A stretch of 17,786 nucleotides of DNA from Ginkgo biloba (lineage: Eukaryota > Plantae > Ginkgophyta). The stretch's first letter is position 1; each line of letters opens with the position of its first letter. The stretch lies in the NCBI GenBank assembly GCA_024626585.2, contig JANKJI020000004.1:4397878-4415663 (forward strand), given 5' to 3'. Both the position numbers and the translations under genes were made by a program. Below the pieces are notes generated by a model that had not been told where the DNA came from, ran no database searches, and saw only the letters and a program-made list of their open reading frames with translations. This document shows positions 10,973-17,786 of this stretch, in pieces.

Positions 10973-10978
10973 TTTATT
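10973..10978 (-). promoter_or_regulatory. Candidate polyadenylation signal (AATAAA) of LTPG
   Basis: AATAAA on the minus strand ~225 nt after the stop, followed by U-rich tttgccttcactttctttgt. Confidence 0.45.
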
Positions 10979-11203
10979 GTGCTTATTGATATACATATTC
11001 AGCATACTAAAAAGAATGAATGATCGCCTCCAAGATGCAGCAAATCTACACCAATCCTACGTGGAGAACAAGAGTCCTTTATAAAGTATAAAATCAATAT
11101 CCGTCAATTAAATAATGCTCCTCCGGCCGTTGCTTCTCCACAGCAGCTCTGGTGAATTCCGCGACAATACTAAATGAGAATATATATATTTATATATTAT
11201 TCA

Positions 11204-11472
11204 TTACACAATGCTCACTAAAACGAGTCCCAAGCAAACGCTGAAGAAGATGGAGGGTGTGAAAAGGGCTGCAGCTCGACTATCAGCACTCGGGCTCGAC
11301 GGTGAAATTCCACCCTTGTCGGAGGTTGTTGGAGGAATTGTATTTGATGGGGTGGAGTCTGCAGGGGAATCAGCCATTGGAACTCCTCCTACTGGACTTG
11401 GTGTCTTTGCAGTGGAAGGCGCTGGAGCCGAAACGCCTCTAGGTCCTTTTGTTGATGGCGCAGGGCTTGATG
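11204..11472 (-). CDS. LTPG: LTPG exon 3 (PAST-rich linker + GPI-anchor signal)
   Basis: Acceptor gtgatctCAG|CATCAAGC with branch-point-like gactaa upstream; reads SSPAPSTKGPRGVSAPAPST...LGLVLVSIV-TAA. Confidence 0.9.
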
Positions 11473-12151
11473 CTGAGATCACAACAGTGTGATTTTAGTC
11501 ATTTTCAGATTCAACATCAGAGTAAACTTGGAAGCAGAAAATGGTTATACAACATGGCCCAATTACTAACATACCTGGAGAAGCAACAGGAGCCGTAGCT
11601 GGAGAAGCAACTGGAGCCGTAGCCGGTGCGCCTGCTGCAGCTGCTTAGAGAAAACAGTAGAAAAAATTAAAGATGTATATTCAATTCTTATACTCGAATA
11701 ATTTCAAAGTTGTAAACATATATACAAAATGCATGGCAGAAATAGGTTGGAGTAGGAGTACATATTATGGAATACCTTTGCATTGGCTAAGAGGCGGAGT
11801 GGTGATTTTACAGGCCCCAGGAAGGGAGAGAGCAAGAGTTCGATTGATAGGAAAGCCGAGAGGATTGTTACTGGTGAAGAGCTGGCAGAGACAGTTAGCT
11901 CCAGTCTTGACGACTGAGGAAAGGGCGGTGCAGCAGCCTTGAGCGGGAGTGGAAGCATTGTTGGAGCCTGTAATGTAACTCAGACACGGTGACAGACTCA
12001 CTATCGAACTCGTGCAGCCTGAAGAGGGAGGCGGTGACTGTGCTGCCACGCTACCCATTAATCGACCTGCAGCGACTATGACTATGAGCACTACAACGCC
12101 CATTACATCTATATTTGAGGACCTCCTTTGTGTTTGGCTTGCAGGCGCCAT
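11204..12151 (-). CDS. LTPG: GPI-anchored non-specific lipid-transfer protein (type G nsLTP), xylogen-like chimeric AGP-nsLTP; 3 exons join(12151..11776,11640..11575,11472..11204), 711 nt, 236 aa
   Basis: Hydrophobic signal peptide (GVVVLIVIVAAGRLMGSVAA|Q). Complete eight-cysteine motif C-X9-C-X16-CC-X12-CLC-X24-C-X9-C (C46..C124). Pro/Ala/Ser/Thr-rich linker with AP/PA/SP/TP dipeptides. C-terminal small-residue site plus hydrophobic tail (ADSRAAALFTPSIFFSVCLGLVLVSIV*). Two GT-AG phase-1 introns (135 and 102 bp) join the ORFs 11765..12151 and 11204..11482 in frame. Intron 1 lies 4 nt after the last Cys codon (TGC AAA G|GT), the position known for type G/D nsLTPs. The symbol is a family name, not a specific orthologue. 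Confidence 0.93.
11575..11640 (-). CDS. LTPG: LTPG exon 2 (66 nt, AGP-like linker (A)AAGAPATAPVASPATAPVASP)
   Basis: Pyrimidine tract ttttttctactgttttctctaagCAG| upstream; donor CCAG|GTATGT at 11574; phase 1-1 keeps the frame; GC-rich island between AT-rich introns. The exact acceptor is ambiguous (11643/11640/11634/11631). Confidence 0.85.
11576..11623. repeat. 24-bp tandem duplication inside exon 2 (ATAPVASP x2)
   Basis: tggagaagcaacaggagccgtagc / tggagaagcaactggagccgtagc, 1 mismatch. Confidence 0.95.
11776..12151 (-). CDS. LTPG: LTPG exon 1 (signal peptide + 8CM lipid-transfer domain; N-glycosylation sequons NAS and NRT)
   Basis: ATG in context attatcATGGCG; 125 codons + 1 nt; donor AAAG|GTATTC at 11775. 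Confidence 0.93.
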
Positions 12152-12274
12152 GATAATCTTTAAACTAATACCACAACCTAGTTAAAAACTCTTGACTTCC
12201 AATTGAAAAATTAGCTTTACAAAATAGAGAAAAGGATGCAAGTGGTGGTTTCTTAGAGAGGAGAGTTGAGGGGG

Positions 12275-12280
12275 TTTATA
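12275..12280 (-). promoter_or_regulatory. TATA box of the LTPG gene
   Basis: cctttATAAAcccc containing TATAAA on the minus strand, ~124 bp upstream of the ATG, followed by a CT-rich segment typical of plant core promoters/5' UTRs. Confidence 0.65.
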
Positions 12281-12289
12281 AAGGAGAAG

Positions 12290-12296
12290 GGTTGGT
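12290..12296 (-). promoter_or_regulatory. AC-II element (ACCAACC), candidate R2R3-MYB site
   Basis: Exact ACCAACC on the minus strand ~10 bp upstream of the TATA box; short motif, so function is inferred. Confidence 0.35.
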
Positions 12297-14016
12297 TAAT
12301 CAATGGGGAGGAATGGAGGAGAACAAATGATAGAAGAAAGAGCGAGGTGGCGATAGGCGGTGGCTTTAATTCGTTCAACCGAACTCCCCTACTCTCTACC
12401 GGTTTGTGCTTACGAAGGTTTGTTAGGCATTCCAAAGGCGAATGCGTTTTGTTAATTGTCGAGATGAGGTCGACAACAATTCTCCATTTCACACGAGGAG
12501 CATCTCAATTTCAAAGGTCACCTTTCTCGGTTGCGCGTCGTCTTTTTCTTCTTATGTTTTTTACGCCAAGGGTTTTATGTTTTACGTTCTTTTTTGAATA
12601 TATCGCGCATTCCCAACTATAAACAAATTTTAAATTTTATATTTGTCACAATAAAGCTTGGTTATGTAAAGTGCAACGAGAATTGTAGTTAAAAGGCGAT
12701 TGGATATAACTATACGCTATAAGAGGGGGGCAATAAAGTAGGTAGAGTAGATATTTTATAATTGACTTTCAATGATAAAACAAGAGTAGAGTATAGATAT
12801 TCATTTGGTTCTTAAGTCAACAAGTAGGGGGGTTTATTCTCTTAAAAAGCAAGTATGTGATCACACGCCCCAATTTGGAGTTTGGTTTTAGGACTCATAC
12901 TTGTGAGGAAAGTGGTGTAAGCCATGCAAGATAAGTAATTCAAAAGACATTGTTATTATTTGTTCTTTTGGGAACCCTCCCTTTCAGACACACCACACAT
13001 GCACACACGCGAGAAATGATGTACTAATATATAGGGGTTTGCTTATTATGGATAGTAATTGCAACTTAATATGAATTTAGCATTTGTTTAAACAACACCA
13101 TAGATAACTACATTGAGTAAGGATAACACTCATGGAGAAGAGCATACTTCTAAGTGTAACTTGCCATTTGCATAATTATAAATATCATTACCCTTTAAAT
13201 ACCTTTATGATTATGAGAACTATCAAACTAATAAAAATTTTCAATCGTCACCTTAATTGTCCCAACTTAATGTATTTAATATTTATAAATTATTGAAAAA
13301 AACACAATATATAATTCCATGAATTTTGATTAGAAGAAAACAACTAATTGATTTGATATTATTTGTTATCTATTTTATTAGATACAAGCTCATAATTTAC
13401 TTAAAGTACAACTACATATTTATTGGTCTTATTATGGCAAGAAAGGACATGGGATACAAAATGATATAACATAAGCTCTAAGTTCAATGGAAGTCTTTAA
13501 GAATTCAAGTTTGTCTTTAGAACATACTACTTAAGTCATATCATACTATGTAATGAACTTATTTAAAATTTAAAATTCCTAAATAGTAACTAATCAATAG
13601 GCTAGTTGTAGTATAGAGAAAATGTGTGTTTCATTAGAACAATGTACCTTATTAGGGCAAAGAAGTGTCATGGGCCATATACTATGTACTTAGGATCCCA
13701 TTATAATAATCATCATTGGAATACAATTCAAATTTGTTTGTCTTTGAACATATACATATTGGGGGTGTTCTTAAAGCCTCCTTTCATTATTTTTATGTTT
13801 TAGAGATGTTGAGACCCATAAGATCATAAAAGATATGAGAGTAATTTGTTTCTCTTTAAGAATTAAAAAAATATATAATGTATACAAATTAAAATAACAA
13901 CACACATACATGTACATAAATATACCATCATTATGATCTCCTTTATTAGTTTCTCTTTTTGAGGAATTGGCTAATGCCTAATTATTCTTATCTATAGATT
14001 TAATCAAGAAAAATCT

Positions 14017-14110
14017 TAGTGTCTATATATAGCCAATTGGCTATTTGTTTTCATTTTTTTTAAAAATTAGATTCGCTAATAGGCCAAATTCCTCTAAAAT
14101 ATTCGCCAAG
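14017..14110. mobile_element. Possible end of a hAT-derived non-autonomous element
   Basis: Starts TAGTGTC (hAT-like YAGTG); perfect 16-bp palindrome atagccaattggctat (14029-14044); repeated attcgc(t/c)aa motifs; truncated by a gap; no 8-bp TSD found. Confidence 0.25.
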
Positions 14111-14530
14111 NNNNNNNNNNNNNNNNNNNNNNNNNNNNNNNNNNNNNNNNNNNNNNNNNNNNNNNNNNNNNNNNNNNNNNNNNNNNNNNNNNNNNNNNNN
14201 NNNNNNNNNNAGTTTAACTTATTATGTTTAAACCCTTTGATTAATCACTAATGAGACGAAAAGTATAGAATTCTTAGTTATTTAAAAAAACATTCCTAAA
14301 AATAATAATAATCCTATTTTGTTCTTACTCATCACTAAAATTATAATATTTGTACTAAATTAATACTGTCCTAATAAATAATAAGTATATTTTTTATTAT
14401 AATTATTTTTTGAGGAAACATGCTTATGGTCAAATGGCAAGTTAGTCTCATAGTTACTTATAGGTATTCATTCTTCCATGTCATGATGGAGGGTTTAGTA
14501 GCTAAAACTAGACTAACTATCATTGCTTAC

Positions 14531-14749
14531 CTATTACAAAATACTAATTCTAACTGATCTAAGTGGGTTAGGTGGGGGTTGGGTGTAATCTTAAAGTAAT
14601 TTTGACATAATAGATCCTCATTTTTCAAGTCTTTAAAGAAGACATTAAAATTTTTCCTTTTTTTTTGGAAAAGAAAAAGATTGTCCTTAGAGGAAGAAGT
14701 TAAATATTGTATGAAAACCCATTTTTTTTGACCCAATCCTTGTAAATAG
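14531..14749. mobile_element. Possible small MITE remnant
   Basis: Imperfect terminal inverted repeats ctattacaa ... ttgtaaatag with TA at or near both ends. Confidence 0.25.
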
Positions 14750-16330
14750 TAGATCTCTTAGCCCAAATTTAAATAGAAGCATGATATAGTCTTGAAAAGG
14801 TTAGATAGAGTAATGATAATTACTTATTAGATTACATAGTTGATAAGCCATATGATACATCTCACAAGGCTTTGTCTTGTTAAGGAGGTTCATATTGTAC
14901 ACCATTTATCAATTTATTCTGTCCTATTAAGTCTAAGAAAAATTATTAACTACAGTGATATGATTTTCTCCATCTATGTCCACAAGTTATTTGTTATATA
15001 CTTATGAGACATTATAACAAAATTAAGATTGGATGAGTGGTTTAGAATACTATAAATGATGATAATGATTATATAAGTTGTTATAACTTAAAATTAGAAA
15101 ACAATTACCCCCTAAATTTTCTCTTATTATTAAGAGGTTATTGTTGTTATTCATTTTCATAGATTTGTATCTCAATAGACCTTACTTGTTGCTGCACCAT
15201 AAGTTCTCTAAATGTGCATTACAATCCTTTGAATTTACTTTACTTTAGTTTCTTCTCTTGCTTATTATGCACATATATTCTTTTTCTACCACTTATTGCC
15301 ATCTTTATGGAAGGATTCTTTTTCTGTATATTTAAACCTTTCTTTGTTATCATCACCATCTAATTCTTAGATTCATCATCATATTTATTTATTTCTTATC
15401 CCTTTGCTTCATTTTTTTCATATTATTTTTGTCTACATTCATATTCCTTTATTTAGTCATCTTTTGCTGCCTCTACAATTCTATTACAAAGTATTTGTTA
15501 TTTATGAAGATAAAAATATGTGTCCTTAGAGTATAAAATATATTTTTTAAGAGTTATCTTTTTTAAAAATAACTTTATTCTTGATTATATTCCACCAAAT
15601 ATTTATCTAGTATTTATTATACTTTAATGTTTTAGTCAATGCTTATTGACATGGATGGATGATATTCTTCAAAGGTATTTTCCATTAAAATGGTTTCTTA
15701 GTACTTATTCCATGGGAAATAAATATTTTATTTTTTAATGATGATGACATGTTTTAACAAAATTCTTTGATAAGGGCACTTATAAATTTTATTTAAGGAA
15801 CTAATGGCTTATATATATTTTCTTTGGATTAGGAAATTTTATCCACATAAAAACCTTGTAACTTCTATGGTTTTTTCATTTTCTCGATAAACTTAGACAA
15901 CATTTATGTACATTGATTTGATATTCAATAATATACAAAAATAAATTTAAAAATAGTTTTTTGATTATCACACAATTTATTACTTTTGCCAAAATTGTAA
16001 ACATAGGTCTTAAAGACCCTCAAATACTCTATAAAGTGTTTCCAAAGTGATTTTAATGCCTAAAAAGTCATTCCTTATATTATTAAGGAGTATCTTAAGT
16101 AAATTGTTTAAATTTACAAAATAATCAAACACTTCTAAATGCATAAAGTTTCGTAGTTAGATTTAAAATGGCAAAAAATATTACAACTTATATTAAACCT
16201 TTTAGATCCATGCCAAAATCTAATGAAAAGTGGTTAGTTAGCATTGAGTGTTGAATACATGAGTAATTGGTTATGTAATGGCGAACAGGCTCCGCTAGGG
16301 TTTAACCCTACAAAGGGATATGTCGTTCGA

Positions 16331-16782
16331 GCTCCCGTTTCCTTTGGCGTTTGGACGTGCCGTTGCGCTCATGATGGTATTCTACTTCTGTGAAGGTTTA
16401 ATGGTTTGATTTCTGATGGCATTTGTCTTTGGTATGGTTTTCTGCCTTTGTTGGGCTCTCTTTGGCAGTAGGGGATTTTAGTTTTATCTTCCCAATGATA
16501 GGATTTNNNNNNNNNNNNNNNNNNNNNNNNNNNNNNNNNNNNNNNNNNNNNNNNNNNNNNNNNNNNNNNNNNNNNNNNNNNNNNNNNNNNNNNNNNNNNN
16601 NNNNNNGCTCCCGTTTCCTTTGGTGTTTGGACGTGGTGTTGCGCTCATGATGGTATTATGCTTCTGTGAAGGTTTAACGGTTTGATTTCTACTGGCTTTT
16701 GTCTTTGGTATGATTTTTTGCCTTTGTTGGGCTCTCTTTGGCAATAGGGGCTTTTAGTTTTATCTTCTTGATGACAGGATCT
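16331..16782. repeat. 176-bp direct repeat pair (16331-16506 and 16607-16782) either side of a 100-N gap
   Basis: Both begin gctcccgtttcctttgg and align without indels; roughly 20 substitutions by eye. Confidence 0.9.
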
Positions 16783-17049
16783 TCACTATTGGTTGCCTTT
16801 CCTCTGTAGGGTTGGTGGCAACAAGGCTTGGCGAGAAGTTTTCCTTGGTGGAAACGTTCATGGGTGTCCATAAATTCATATGTGGAAGCTTGACTGGAGT
16901 ATTTATTGATTTAGAACTATTGAAATGATGAAGATCTAACTACCTTTGGGGTAATTAACAACTTAATGTCGATGAAAGGATGATCTACCAATTTGGCACA
17001 AATATATAGCTAATTAATTTGCTAGCTTGGAAAATTAGTGAAATTAAAC

Positions 17050-17240
17050 GATTTATCATCTTGGCATTAGTGGATATGTATTAATAAATTATTGAATGAT
17101 TTATCGATTTGGCACTAGTGGATAGGTACTAATAAATTGTTGAATAATCTATTAGCCTAGTATCAATAGATAATTGCTTACTGATTACTTGAAGGATTTA
17201 TTAATTTAGAGTCAACGATGAGGCACTAATGAATTACAAA
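17050..17240. repeat. Degenerate ~48-bp tandem repeat
   Basis: gatttatcatcttggcattagtggatatgtattaataaattattgaat (17050) / gatttatcgatttggcactagtggataggtactaataaattgttgaat (17098), with weaker units at 17146 and 17195. Confidence 0.8.
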
Positions 17241-17786
17241 ATTAATAGATCACTAATCAACCAATATATTTAGAGATGGTGAATGGATCCTTATAAAATT
17301 ATTGGTGGATCTTATGTCGATTAACTTAGGAGATCAATGTTATCATTGTTGGATATTTAGCTAGGTTAGCTTTATAAATTTAAAATTCTTTTAACTATAC
17401 CTTGATGTAGACACCTAGGTCTAGTACTAAAACCTATTAGGGGATCTTCCCCTAGGTTCCCAAGGAACTATATTATTAACTATAAATATTATACCTTTAA
17501 TAATACATGCATATCAACTTGAAGATATATTAATAACAATAATAAGATTAAATGTATAGTAAAATAATTAATAACAACAAAGATTAATAGAAAAAAATCA
17601 AGAATAAATATTTATATTGGACTTGGAGTCACCATCATGATTTTTTAGAAGTTTTATAATTATTCTTAAATTGCTATGGTTTTAAATTACAATAATTCAT
17701 TAAATCACCAAGTTTTTTCTCTTATTAGTTGTCGTTAAGTGAGTAACTTAGTAAGCTTGTGGACCTTTTGGACAAGTGGTGACATT

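Larger units (their letters stand above)
16274..17786. mobile_element. Candidate LTR (possibly solo) of an LTR retrotransposon
   Basis: Sharp compositional change at TGTAATGG (16274). The window ends in GTGACATT, which would complete an inverted terminus CATTACA if the next bases are ACA. Internal degenerate tandem repeats. No PBS/PPT or TSD can be checked. Confidence 0.4.

Noticed and set aside
10172-11005. ORFs 10172..10480 and 10646..11005 (-) as additional LTPG exons or small genes
   Set aside because: They lie beyond the LTPG stop and around or past the poly(A) signal; AT-rich, no domain or splice support
11211-11958. ORFs 11211..11492(+), 11673..11942(+), 11704..11958(-)
   Set aside because: Antisense or alternate-frame shadows of the GC-rich LTPG exons
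12253-12622. ORFs 12266..12622(+) and 12253..12492(-) as a divergent gene or uORF
   Set aside because: No recognisable motif; they overlap the TATA box/promoter and appear to start at non-ATG codons
14211-14260. atcacta as the right-hand TIR matching TAGTG at 14017
   Set aside because: Only a 5-bp match and the flanking 8-mers (aaaaatct vs atgagacg) are not a TSD
15100-16270. AT-rich region with transposon-like fragments
   Set aside because: No termini, TSDs or coding motifs I can support

Overview
Eukaryotic land-plant genomic DNA from a fragmented scaffold. It has 10 N-gaps, six of them exactly 100 N (size unknown). The repeat-rich, CpG-eroded background suggests a large genome such as a gymnosperm or fern (inference). 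One intact gene is present: a three-exon, minus-strand GPI-anchored non-specific lipid-transfer protein with an arabinogalactan-type Pro/Ala/Ser/Thr linker (LTPG / xylogen-like), join(12151..11776, 11640..11575, 11472..11204), 236 aa. It has a TATA box, an adjacent AC-type MYB element and a poly(A) signal. Everything else I can explain is transposon-derived: a decayed RTE/RTEX-like LINE (RT plus C-terminal CCHC, with two copies of its 3' region), an L1-type RT fragment, a hAT (DUF659-like) transposase fragment, a candidate non-autonomous Helitron carrying a 32-bp tandem array, a DNA-transposon-like terminus with a 34-bp dimeric repeat, and a candidate LTR at the right edge. I see no evidence for a new multi-gene system. 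The best leads are the four in-frame tandem splice acceptors and symmetric repeat exon of the LTPG gene, the Helitron whose terminal hairpin is disguised by deamination, and the possible solo LTR. Most ORFs in the supplied track are spurious (gap-spanning, antisense or repeat-derived).
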